59,427 nucleotides of DNA from a virus (Duplodnaviria; Caudoviricetes), in IMG/VR virus record IMGVR_UViG_3300027985_000562, positions 1-59,427 of that record. One strand, written 5' to 3'. Positions 49,223 through 57,179 of the stretch are shown in pieces (the stretch's first letter is position 1; each line of letters opens with the position of its first letter). Under the pieces are notes generated by a model that ran no database searches, had not been told where the DNA came from, and was given only the letters and a program-made list of their open reading frames with translations. The translations under genes and the position numbers were made by a program.

Positions 49223-50386
49223 ATGAGTGCTCTCATTCAATTCCCTATTACCCGCCAAGTAAACACCGAACGGGACAGTGCTATGCAAAACTACAAACAA
49301 GGTTTTGCGGTATTCACTCGCTCTCTGCTTCATGCAGAGTGGGCGCAGGACGCCTTTATGCTGGCGGCATGGTCGCGCCTGGTATTAAAAGCCTGTCACA
49401 CCAAACGAGTTCTGCACTTCAATGGTCAGGACTGGGAATTAGAACGCGGTCAGTTGGTGCTGATCCCAGCCCGGTTTGCCAATGAATTACGCGATCGCCG
49501 TGGTACACCTTTAAGCCGTCAAACGGTGATCCGGATGCTGGAGTGGTTTGAGCGGGACGGCATGATTGAACGTGCCGGATTTGAGAAAGGCACCGTGATA
49601 ACGATCATCAATTATGATGCTTATCAGACACCAATTAGACCCGTTCAGAGCGGACAGCCAACCGGACAGCTAACCGGACAAGAAAACGAACAACCTTCCG
49701 GACACCTCAACACCAGTAATGGCGCGGCCTGCGCTAGTGATGCCGGACAAGAAAACGAACAACCTTCCGGACATCAGACCGGACACCTGACCGGATCAGA
49801 AGAACAACAATTAATAACAACCATTAATAACAAGATCAAAGATCAAAATCTTTCTGTGTCTGCTTCGCCTTCGGACGAACCGACACCCAACAATCCTGAA
49901 GACTCAAATCAATCTGATCCTGTTCAACCTGAAAAACCACAAAAGCAACGTCCTGAAGACGCGGCAGTTTGGTCCAACGCAACTAAAACCCCACGCTGGG
50001 GAACAGCGGATGATCTCAAGGTTGCCAACTGGTTTGTCAGGATCCGTGCTGCGGCATTCAAACACAAGGGTTTATCTGAACCCAAAGAAGAGCCGATCGT
50101 TAACTACGCAAACACGATCCGCTTAATGCGGGAACAGGACCACAGAAATCATCACGATATCTGCGCGCTGTTTGACTGGGTTTGTCGCACCGGGCGCGAA
50201 CTGGAGTTCTGCCAATGCCCTAAAAAACTGCGAGTCAAATGGGATGAGCTGCAACTGAGAAAAGCAAACAAGGAGGCGGCTGACGCCCAGCGCGCCAATC
50301 GTTTCGGTAATATCACACAAGCGCAATCCAGAGCGCAAGCCATTATCAATGCTGGTGGAGGGTATAGTGATGACGACATCATTTGA
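49223..50386 (+). CDS. Replication initiator (lambda O-like)
   Basis: LERGQL...GTVITIINYDAYQ N-domain; WGTADDLKVANW...ANTIRLMREQD...ICALFDW C-domain; internal iterons. Confidence 0.85.
   Translation: MSALIQFPITRQVNTERDSAMQNYKQGFAVFTRSLLHAEWAQDAFMLAAWSRLVLKACHTKRVLHFNGQDWELERGQLVLIPARFANELRDRRGTPLSRQTVIRMLEWFERDGMIERAGFEKGTVITIINYDAYQTPIRPVQSGQPTGQLTGQENEQPSGHLNTSNGAACASDAGQENEQPSGHQTGHLTGSEEQQLITTINNKIKDQNLSVSASPSDEPTPNNPEDSNQSDPVQPEKPQKQRPEDAAVWSNATKTPRWGTADDLKVANWFVRIRAAAFKHKGLSEPKEEPIVNYANTIRLMREQDHRNHHDICALFDWVCRTGRELEFCQCPKKLRVKWDELQLRKANKEAADAQRANRFGNITQAQSRAQAIINAGGGYSDDDII
49650..49850. repeat. Replication origin: CCGGACA iterons plus AT-rich tract
   Basis: CCGGACA at 49662, 49674, 49698, 49743, 49767 and 49779; 31-bp direct repeat at 49674-49704/49743-49773; A-rich tract follows. 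Confidence 0.8.
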
Positions 50387-50903
50387 ACCTGTACCTGTTG
50401 GCTCAACCAACTTAGCACAACTACTTGAACGCGATGACGGGATCACGCCTAACGCGGCGCTGTTTATCGCTAATGAACTATTGCCAATGATGGTGGTGCT
50501 GTGGCCGAAAAGTACCAGCCAAATCAATAACAACCTGGTTGGTAACGCTAAATCCTACGCCCACATGCTGAAAGGGCTATCCATCAAAACGATCCGGGAT
50601 GCCGTGATCGCGCTGGCGGAACGCGAGCCACACCGTGACTTCGCGCCGGAACCGCAATACCTGAAATCGCTGTGCAAACCAGCAACCAAACAATACCTGC
50701 CAAACAATCAGACCGGCTTTGTAGTCAGTATGTCCGCACTGGAGATGCGCGTGTATGTCCTGTGTGTAACCGGAAAGATCCGTAAATCAGAAATCAATGC
50801 CGCACTGGACCAACTGGTAGCCAAGGTAAACACGGATGGTGGCGCGGTAAGCGGTGCTGCTGGCTGGCAGCCATTGATTGATCTGCAGAATGGAGGTGTG
50901 TGA
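50370..50903 (+). CDS. Putative helicase loader (P-slot replication protein)
   Basis: Follows O; DFAPEP...LC motif typical of Loader/P-like proteins. Confidence 0.55.
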   Translation: MTTSFEPVPVGSTNLAQLLERDDGITPNAALFIANELLPMMVVLWPKSTSQINNNLVGNAKSYAHMLKGLSIKTIRDAVIALAEREPHRDFAPEPQYLKSLCKPATKQYLPNNQTGFVVSMSALEMRVYVLCVTGKIRKSEINAALDQLVAKVNTDGGAVSGAAGWQPLIDLQNGGV

Positions 50904-51931
50904 TGGGTAAATCAAAAACGGAAATACAAGAAAACGCTGAATTCCTGAAAGCGCATTTTGTTGGCCGGGGATGGTTTGTGCCGGGTGATGTTTGTCATGG
51001 TGCTGGCATGGGGTTGCGTGAACTGTGTGGCGCGCTGAACAGTGCGCAAATCCACGGTATCGGCGGTTGCACCATTCTGCATGACACCGAAGCAAAGCCG
51101 CCGCGCTGGATCATTATTGAAGGCGACGCGCCGGAAATCATTCAGCGTGAATGTGAAAAACCAATCAAGCAAAAAACACCAGACTGGTCATTTCTGTGCA
51201 AGCCATGGCCGCTAGTTGATTTTACTTTCAATCTGGAGGAACGAGCATGAGCGCAGTAATGAGAATGGTAGTTCTGACACCGGACGCGGCCCGCGAATTT
51301 TACCCACAACTTGACAATCAATGTTGGTGGGAATTATCGACCGGGGAGTTGATTAAATTTGCGGTCCATGTGGCTAGTGGATTACCGGATTTTATTAACG
51401 AGTTAACACAAAAAGCGGACCCATCATCCCGCAATGGCCGCCGTCACACCGGCGTAGCACACGCCAAACGGCTCGCCCGCAAACTGCGCAGTCAACGGAA
51501 GGCAAGGGGGAGAATATGAGTAGTCAGATGGAGCGTGTGGTTTCTATCCTGGAGGATGGGAAAGAGCGGACTTTACGTGATATCGAACATGAGATCTGGC
51601 GGCGCTATCGCATTGCAGATACACAACCAGCAATCAGCGCCCGTCTGCGCAATTACGGCAGGTTATTTAGATTAGGTTGGGTCCGGAAAACTACGATCCG
51701 CACCATCAAAAAGACGCGGGTATGGTTCTATCGCCTGACCAAAGCAGAAGCGAGGGAAACATCATGAATTACCAACACTTACCAACTGAAGAACTACAGG
51801 ATTTGCTCATTAGCGATCTACAGCAATTAAATGAACTCAAGCAAGCAACTGAAGAGATCGCTAATCGGATAACAGAGGTTAAAACGGTGCTGTATAACCG
51901 CGATCCCGTCTGCCAGAAGGCGGACGCATGA
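50903..51931 (+). CDS. Four small nin-region genes (50903-51250, 51247-51519, 51516-51767 wHTH-like, 51764-51931)
   Basis: Coupled ATGA overlaps; RTLRDIE...TQPAISARLR in 51516-51767. Confidence 0.6.
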
Positions 51932-52347
51932 GCCATCCAGTGCGCTACTTTTTGCGTAACGCGGCGGTGTTGCGCAACTTGTGCGCCTTCCTGACGACAC
52001 TGGCGATCAATGCCGATCATCCATGGGTGGTGGAAATTAAAGAGATCACAAGGTCACTGGATCAGAACTCAAAATTTCACGCCATCTGTGGCGACTTTGA
52101 AAAGCAGGCTACCTACATGGGACGGAAACTCACACTGATCCAGTGGAAGGTACTGTTTATCAGCGGTCACGCCATGGCTACCGGACTGGGCGCGGATCTG
52201 GTGCCGGGGATTGAGGGTGAGTTTGTCAATATCCGGGAATCTAGCGCGCAGATGTCAGTTAAGCGGATGGCATCCCTGATTGAATATGTGATTGCCTATG
52301 CCGCCGAAACCGGTGTTGAGCTATCGGACTATGAGGGTGGTCAATGA
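51928..52347 (+). CDS. ninB: NinB/Orf recombination protein
   Basis: RSLDQNSKFHAICGD...WKVLFISGH...VPGIEGEFVNIRESSAQMSVKRMASLIEY. Confidence 0.9.
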   Translation: MSHPVRYFLRNAAVLRNLCAFLTTLAINADHPWVVEIKEITRSLDQNSKFHAICGDFEKQATYMGRKLTLIQWKVLFISGHAMATGLGADLVPGIEGEFVNIRESSAQMSVKRMASLIEYVIAYAAETGVELSDYEGGQ

Positions 52348-52348
52348 G

Positions 52349-52987
52349 ATGCACAGAAAGAAATGCGAAAACCCGGCGTGCCGAAAATGGTTTGTGCCGG
52401 AAAGAAGTTTTCAGCATGGATGCTGTCCGGAATGCCAGTATCAGGTGGCACTCATTAAACTGGCGGAAAAAAGGAAAAAGGATCAACAGGCAGCAGCGGC
52501 AAAAAAACGAGAATTATTACGTCGTGAACGGGAAAAACGCAAAGAACTCCGGGCGCGGAAAATAGCATTACGCACTTATTCAGACTGGTGCGACATCCTG
52601 CAGGAAGAGGTGAATCGGCATGTTAAATTACGGGATTACTTTGAACCATGTTGCACATGTGGCACCACAAAATCACATATCAAGTACGACGCAGGACATT
52701 ACCGCTCAAGGGGCGCTTGCCCGGAACTACGCTTTGAACTCACTAATATCCATAAGCAATGTTCAAACAATTGCAACCAGCACGGTTCAGGTAAACGTGT
52801 CGAGTATCAAGGGTTCCTGCGGGAAAAATACGGCCAAGCGCATCTGGACTGGCTGGACGGACCACATCCAAAACTAAAAGATCAATATCCAACAATAGAA
52901 TCATTACAAGTAGAAATCAGACGGTATCGCCAGTTAAACAAAGAGTTAAAAAAACAGATAGAAGAAAGGCTACTTACTGAAATTTAA
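52349..52987 (+). CDS. ninG: NinG/Rap endonuclease
   Basis: KKC...C...F.P...Q..CC..C; RD..EPCCTCG...YDAGHYRSRGA.PELRF...NIHKQC...CN. Confidence 0.92.
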   Translation: MHRKKCENPACRKWFVPERSFQHGCCPECQYQVALIKLAEKRKKDQQAAAAKKRELLRREREKRKELRARKIALRTYSDWCDILQEEVNRHVKLRDYFEPCCTCGTTKSHIKYDAGHYRSRGACPELRFELTNIHKQCSNNCNQHGSGKRVEYQGFLREKYGQAHLDWLDGPHPKLKDQYPTIESLQVEIRRYRQLNKELKKQIEERLLTEI

Positions 52988-52998
52988 GAGGGTGATTT

Positions 52999-53676
52999 AT
53001 GTTTGAAATGTATCTGAGACTGTATGAAGCGCGCACTGTTAGTTATCTGCCACTCCCAAACGCTGGCGTGTTGGGGCGTGAGGAAGTTATAAACGCGGCG
53101 GCCATCGCAACTAAACAGCATCCACTGGGGGACCGGATGGTATTAGCGGAAATGGGTGATCAACATTCACTACTTGAACTGAGTCGCTGGGCGGAAACCG
53201 CATTACCACATTTAGGGGATGACGTGATCATGGTCGCGCTGGGGCGTCCATTGCCATCACAACTTGAGCAGTTAATTAAAGTGAGTCCGCGCTACGTCAG
53301 GGCCAGCAAAAAAGCACGAGAACTGCGCGCCGAAGTGATCCACAACCACAAGGTCGGGAATGACAAGCGGGTGGAAAAGCTGGAGTCAACAATCACGGAA
53401 ACGCTACATGCTGCACACGAACACAGCAAAGCAGAGATCCTGAGAAACGGGAAGTGTCCACGCTGCCATGGTACAGGCCGGATGTCCCGCAAGGACGAAC
53501 CGTGTCCGATCTGCCGGGGAACAGGGGATATTATCCCGTCCTCAAGCGACATTTTAAAACAGTACGGTGTGGAGATTTACAGCAAGTTTACTCGGCTGGT
53601 GGATATGCTGCAGGTCGATAAATCAGAGTGGTTGCGCTTATTTGTGAAGCAAATTACCCGCGAGAAAGCAGCTTAA
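52999..53676 (+). CDS. Putative late antitermination protein Q (zinc finger)
   Basis: Directly after ninG; CPRCHGTG...CPICRGTG zinc ribbon; lies upstream of the late promoter and lysis genes. Confidence 0.7.
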   Translation: MFEMYLRLYEARTVSYLPLPNAGVLGREEVINAAAIATKQHPLGDRMVLAEMGDQHSLLELSRWAETALPHLGDDVIMVALGRPLPSQLEQLIKVSPRYVRASKKARELRAEVIHNHKVGNDKRVEKLESTITETLHAAHEHSKAEILRNGKCPRCHGTGRMSRKDEPCPICRGTGDIIPSSSDILKQYGVEIYSKFTRLVDMLQVDKSEWLRLFVKQITREKAA

Positions 53677-53683
53677 TACAGAT

Positions 53684-53706
53684 AAACAAAACCCGCATGG
53701 ATGCGG
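53684..53706 (-). terminator. Terminator of the reverse acr-aca-like operon
   Basis: Minus strand cccgcat-cc-atgcggg followed by ttttgttt. Confidence 0.7.
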
Positions 53707-53707
53707 G

Positions 53708-53896
53708 CTACTCATTTGAGAATTGGTTGGTTTTCAGTAAAAACAATTCAAATAGCGCGACGTCCATATGTCTATCACCTGCCTCGTATCGCTGCCATGC
53801 GCGGATGTCCTTATAGATCAATTCCGCCGCCTGTTTCTGTGTTAACTTGGCGGCGGCTCTTGCTGATTTAACCTCTTCTGGTGTTGGTTGTTTCAT
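53708..53896 (-). CDS. aca10: Aca10-like HTH repressor
   Basis: MKQPTPEEVKSARAAAKLTQKQAAELIYKDIRAWQRYEAGDRHMDVALFELFLLKT; the P..E...AR...L.Q..AA.L.....R.WQ..EAGDR.M...L.ELFLLKT pattern matches Aca10 as I recall it. Confidence 0.75.
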   Translation of the reverse strand: MKQPTPEEVKSARAAAKLTQKQAAELIYKDIRAWQRYEAGDRHMDVALFELFLLKTNQFSNE

Positions 53897-53906
53897 GGTA
53901 TCAACC

Positions 53907-54098
53907 TTAATGTAATGTGTGTTCTTTGTATTCCTGGAGCATTTCACCCCAAGGCATCTGGTCGGTTACAAGTAATACATCGCTGTCATCTGCGCTATAC
54001 ATTGTAGCTACCTCTTCGTCATCTTCGTTATAGTCGAAGTACGCGGTTGAATGTGTTAATTCGGCAACATTCATAACATAGGTTCTGAAGGTGCTCAT
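53907..54098 (-). CDS. Small acidic orphan protein, candidate anti-CRISPR
   Basis: 63 aa with 14 D/E versus 2 K/R; AGGAG RBS at 54106-54110; first gene of the operon with the aca10-like gene. Confidence 0.6.
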   Translation of the reverse strand: MSTFRTYVMNVAELTHSTAYFDYNEDDEEVATMYSADDSDVLLVTDQMPWGEMLQEYKEHTLH

Positions 54099-54133
54099 GA
54101 TGTTTCTCCTGATTAAATTCTTTCCTCACTTTG

Positions 54134-54161
54134 ATTATACGTCCATTGGTCGTATTCTCAA
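54134..54161 (-). promoter_or_regulatory. Strong sigma70 promoter with inverted-repeat operator
   Basis: Minus strand TTGAGA-N16-TATAAT; palindrome ATACG.CCA.TGG.CGTAT (54137-54155) fills the spacer and overlaps the -10. Confidence 0.8.
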
Positions 54162-54246
54162 GCTGATTTAGGATTGTTTTTTGATAAACATCAAGGAATC
54201 GAGGTGAAATTTTAATTGTGGTTTGCGTGCTGGAATGGAGATCCGG

Positions 54247-54315
54247 TTTCAATAAAGCACAAAGCTATGTATGATCTACTAAACATGGGCGATCTATCTT
54301 TAGGTCGCCTTTTTT
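54247..54315 (+). promoter_or_regulatory. Putative late promoter pR' with immediate terminator
   Basis: TTTCAA-N17-TATGAT, then AACATG, then hairpin ggcgatcta-tctt-taggtcgcc+T6. Confidence 0.55.
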
Positions 54316-54507
54316 GTTTCTGCCGCCGCAAGGTGTGCGACTTAAGACCTGTGTTACTGCGAGTATGCGGGCCAGCCGATGGATGCGGCTGATGATTGTC
54401 AATAAAAGACGACGCAAGCGCAGGCGGTGAACTGTCGCATTACCAGTGTTAAAGCATTCGGCCATTGCCTCTGGGTCCATTTACCTACGCTTTGGCTTTC
54501 AATTCCA

Positions 54508-54530
54508 GCCCCGCTTATGCGGGGTTTTTT
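54508..54530 (+). terminator. Rho-independent terminator
   Basis: gccccgc-ttat-gcggggt followed by a T-run. Confidence 0.75.
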
Positions 54531-54643
54531 GTTTCCGTCCCGCAGTGATCATTAATTAGTGCGCGCGATTTATGATCGTATCGCGTTCCTGAATCGACAG
54601 ATCACAACCATGACATCCCACATCTCACTGTGAGTAATCAATC

Positions 54644-55003
54644 ATGCGCTACAAACCAAAACAAGTCTCTGTTGATGCGTGGCAGTTAGGTGGCGGCGAT
54701 GAGCGGCCAAAATGGCTGCAAGTCGCCATTGAAAACGGAACGGTCGAAATCAGCATGGATGGCGTTAACGAGATCGCCATTGTGACCAATCAGGAAGGCA
54801 CATTCACCGCGCAACCGCACAGCTTTCTACTGCGCAACGATTACGGCCAGATTTATACCCGTCGTGCGGATATTTTTGCCAACGAGTATGAGGATGACGC
54901 AACCAAGGCCGCTAATGATGCCGCCGCTGATGCGGCAGATAACGCCGCTGATGCGGCTGAGGTAGTTGCTGATGCGGCTGCCAATGCTGCCGCTAACAAA
55001 TGA
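54644..55003 (+). CDS. Conserved phage protein (YxxKP..V.AxQ ... F...YE family) with Ala/Asp low-complexity tail
   Basis: MRYKPKQVSVDAWQL...EGTFTAQPHSFLLRNDYGQIYTRRADIFANEYE followed by an AANDAAADAA tail. Confidence 0.7.
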   Translation: MRYKPKQVSVDAWQLGGGDERPKWLQVAIENGTVEISMDGVNEIAIVTNQEGTFTAQPHSFLLRNDYGQIYTRRADIFANEYEDDATKAANDAAADAADNAADAAEVVADAAANAAANK

Positions 55004-55015
55004 TAAGTTTCTGCA

Positions 55016-55120
55016 ACGACGCCAATACGTCGTATATGGGAGGTGATCCAAAATCTCCGGCCTGTGCGGAAATACAGGGACTGTCGGGAGACAGCGAACA
55101 CCGCCGGGAGGCGGCAAAAG
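55016..55120 (+). ncRNA. Putative structured ncRNA (five tandem hairpins, extended anti-16S sequence)
   Basis: Hairpins at 55016-33, 55039-58, 55061-78, 55081-94 and 55101-14; GGAGGTGATCCAA at 55039-55051. Confidence 0.5.
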
Positions 55121-55210
55121 TAAATCCACCCACGAGAGTTCATCCTTTCGCTACCGATGGGCTTTCCAAATGCCGTCCTCTGCGCCTGCACGGCGGCTGG
55201 GGAGTTAATT

Positions 55211-55701
55211 ATGTTCATTCCTGTGCATCCAAAACTCATGCGATCGCAGGACTACGACGTTTGTTTGCGCGCCGCCTGTGACCACCTATACCGACACGGT
55301 ATTAATAATTTCATCCACTACCGCCGCGATAACAATCAGATTTTCGATGCCGCTGATAGATACCTATTCCGCGTCGTCGAACTAACCGACACCCACACCT
55401 ATCTCGTCCCCACAGTCGATCAGTGCCACGGCGGGATTGAACTGCTGGAGTTATCCCTATGAAACGAAAAATCACCGTCAGCGTTGGTGATGTCCAGCGC
55501 TCTGTTGCTAAACGCGGTTTTGATAATCACGAAAAATTCATTGCCGCCGTAAACGCCGAACTGAAGCACGTCTTTGAAGCGCAAGGGATCCGGTTCTACG
55601 ACAAGCCGGGTCTCTATCCATTACCACCGGGAAGACTCACCTCACAACATATGGGCGTGGATCGGATCATTACCATTAGCCAGGATATCGACGATGAATG
55701 A
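55211..55701 (+). CDS. Two hypothetical genes (55211-55462, 55459-55701)
   Basis: GGGGAG and GGAG RBS; ATGA coupling. Confidence 0.55.
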
Positions 55702-55930
55702 AGTTGCTGATGTTTCGGTGCCGGGAGAGGTGGCGAAATCCATTTACCCGGCTGGTTATGTGGTTGGCGTCGAATTCATGGGGCTAACTGCAGATGGCTG
55801 GATCACTACATTAACGCTGATTTACCTGATCTGCCAGTTGGTGCTGGTGATGCCACGGATCAGCAAGGTCATTGCCAAGAACTATATAGCGATCCACATG
55901 CTCATTAAATCCAAACAGAAGGATGAATGA
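55694..55930 (+). CDS. Holin
   Basis: GLTADGWITTLTLIYLICQLVLVMPRI hydrophobic core with a basic tail; directly upstream of the endolysin. Confidence 0.7.
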   Translation: MNEVADVSVPGEVAKSIYPAGYVVGVEFMGLTADGWITTLTLIYLICQLVLVMPRISKVIAKNYIAIHMLIKSKQKDE

Positions 55931-56426
55931 TATGCCTGTCATTTCCCCAGAACGCGCGGGCGGACAGAATATGTGCGCCTTTCTCGATATGCTGGCGTGG
56001 TCAGAACTGGAAGATGAACTGATCGCACTCTCCGATAATGGGTATAACGTCATTGTTGGCAGTACACCCGCACATCCCATCCTGTTTACGGACTACAGTA
56101 GCCATCCTCGTAAACTGGTCCAGATCAATAGCAAACTGAAAAGCACGGCGGCTGGCCGCTATCAGTTGCTATCCCGCTATTACGACGACTACACCCAATT
56201 ACTCAATCTGCATGATTTCAGTCCACTCTCTCAAGACCTGATTGCCATTCGGCAGATCCGGGAGCGGCGGGCGATCGGGCTGATCAAGGCTGGGAAACTG
56301 GAAGCGGCAATTAAACGCTGCTCCAACATCTGGGCGTCACTACCGGGGAATAACTACGGCCAACGCAAGAATCCACTAGCGGAACTCAAGGCGGCCTATC
56401 TCCGGGCGGGAGGGACGTGTGCATGA
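55923..56426 (+). CDS. Endolysin, lambda R-like lytic transglycosylase (GH104)
   Basis: AFLDMLAWSE...GYNVIVG...STAAGRYQLL...DFSPLSQD...IWASLPGNNYGQ. Confidence 0.95.
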   Translation: MNDMPVISPERAGGQNMCAFLDMLAWSELEDELIALSDNGYNVIVGSTPAHPILFTDYSSHPRKLVQINSKLKSTAAGRYQLLSRYYDDYTQLLNLHDFSPLSQDLIAIRQIRERRAIGLIKAGKLEAAIKRCSNIWASLPGNNYGQRKNPLAELKAAYLRAGGTCA

Positions 56427-56617
56427 CATTTGATCAAGGGCTAACTATTGCCAGTACGATCGTGAGTATCGCCGCTGTCATTGCGGCGGGACTGCCAAAA
56501 CCCAACCAGAACGCGAACCGTGCCATCCGAATTGCACGCCAAATCATCGATATTCTGGCGTTTAACTTCGGTCACGCCAAGAACCGGCCAAATGATACTA
56601 CGGACAAACAACCATGA
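56423..56617 (+). CDS. Small membrane protein in the lysis cassette (possible second holin/antiholin)
   Basis: N-terminal TM TIASTIVSIAAVIAAGLP; ILAFNFGHAKN tail. Confidence 0.55.
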   Translation: MTFDQGLTIASTIVSIAAVIAAGLPKPNQNANRAIRIARQIIDILAFNFGHAKNRPNDTTDKQP

Positions 56618-56988
56618 TCCTTACCCAGACAATCAAGCGGTATGTGATTGCGGCGGTAGTGGCTGTTTTTGTGTTCCTGTTGCTGGCTACAGGGGTACTG
56701 TATATGAAAACAGTATCTCTGCAAAAAACCAACATGAAGTTAACTGCACAGGTGACAGAACTCACTTCCGCAAATGAATCACTTCAAACCGAAATTATTA
56801 AACGTCAGGCTGTTGAACAAATCTCTGACCGGCTGACTACCGAACTCGGCAATATATCGGCAACGATTGAGCGGAAAGCGCGGGAGAATCAATATGCAAT
56901 ACATGATGCACTTAAAAATCAGCCATGCGCTAATACTATGCTGCCTGATGATGTTCATTGGATGCTCAAGCCATCCAGTAAAAAGTAA
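56614..56988 (+). CDS. i-spanin (Rz-like)
   Basis: N-terminal TM, coiled coil, C-terminal CANTMLPDDV..ML. Confidence 0.8.
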   Translation: MILTQTIKRYVIAAVVAVFVFLLLATGVLYMKTVSLQKTNMKLTAQVTELTSANESLQTEIIKRQAVEQISDRLTTELGNISATIERKARENQYAIHDALKNQPCANTMLPDDVHWMLKPSSKK

Positions 56989-57175
56989 TACTTCAGTGAT
57001 CATTCCGCCTGCCAGCCTATATCCACACGCCGAACAGGTGGCAACTGATGATATGACTTATGGTGGCGCGGTTGAACTTATCCCATTACTGCGCGCTGAA
57101 ATTGACAAATGCAACGAACAATCAGGCAAGCTAAAACTATGGCACGAACAAGCCAAAGCAGAAGCTGAAAAGTAA
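56894..57175 (+). CDS. o-spanin lipoprotein (Rz1-like)
   Basis: Overlaps the i-spanin in another frame; lipobox FIG-C; IIPPASL...TYG...IDKCN. Confidence 0.8.
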   Translation: MQYMMHLKISHALILCCLMMFIGCSSHPVKSNTSVIIPPASLYPHAEQVATDDMTYGGAVELIPLLRAEIDKCNEQSGKLKLWHEQAKAEAEK

Positions 57176-57179
57176 TGGC

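Noticed and set aside
49650-49800. CRISPR-like array
   Set aside because: Short, irregularly spaced repeats inside the initiator gene, typical of origin iterons.
53708-54098. HigBA-type toxin-antitoxin interpretation of the reverse operon
   Set aside because: The upstream protein is strongly acidic and too short for a basic RelE/HigB RNase; the acr-aca layout fits better, though it is not proven.
54316-54341. Minus-strand GTCGCACACCTTGCGGCGGCAGAAAC resembling a solitary type I-C CRISPR repeat (RNA anti-CRISPR) near the acr-like operon
   Set aside because: Only the GTCGC start and GAAAC end match; it is 26 nt rather than ~32, lacks the GGATTGAAAC handle and lies upstream of the operon's promoter.
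54421-54432. Minus-strand GTTCACCGCC matching the start of a type I-F repeat
   Set aside because: The following bases neither close the hairpin nor give CTTAGAAA; a 10-nt match can occur by chance.
54250-55200. tRNA genes in the Q-lysis interval as in Stx phages
   Set aside because: No cloverleaf or GTTCRA T-loop found; no toxin genes either.
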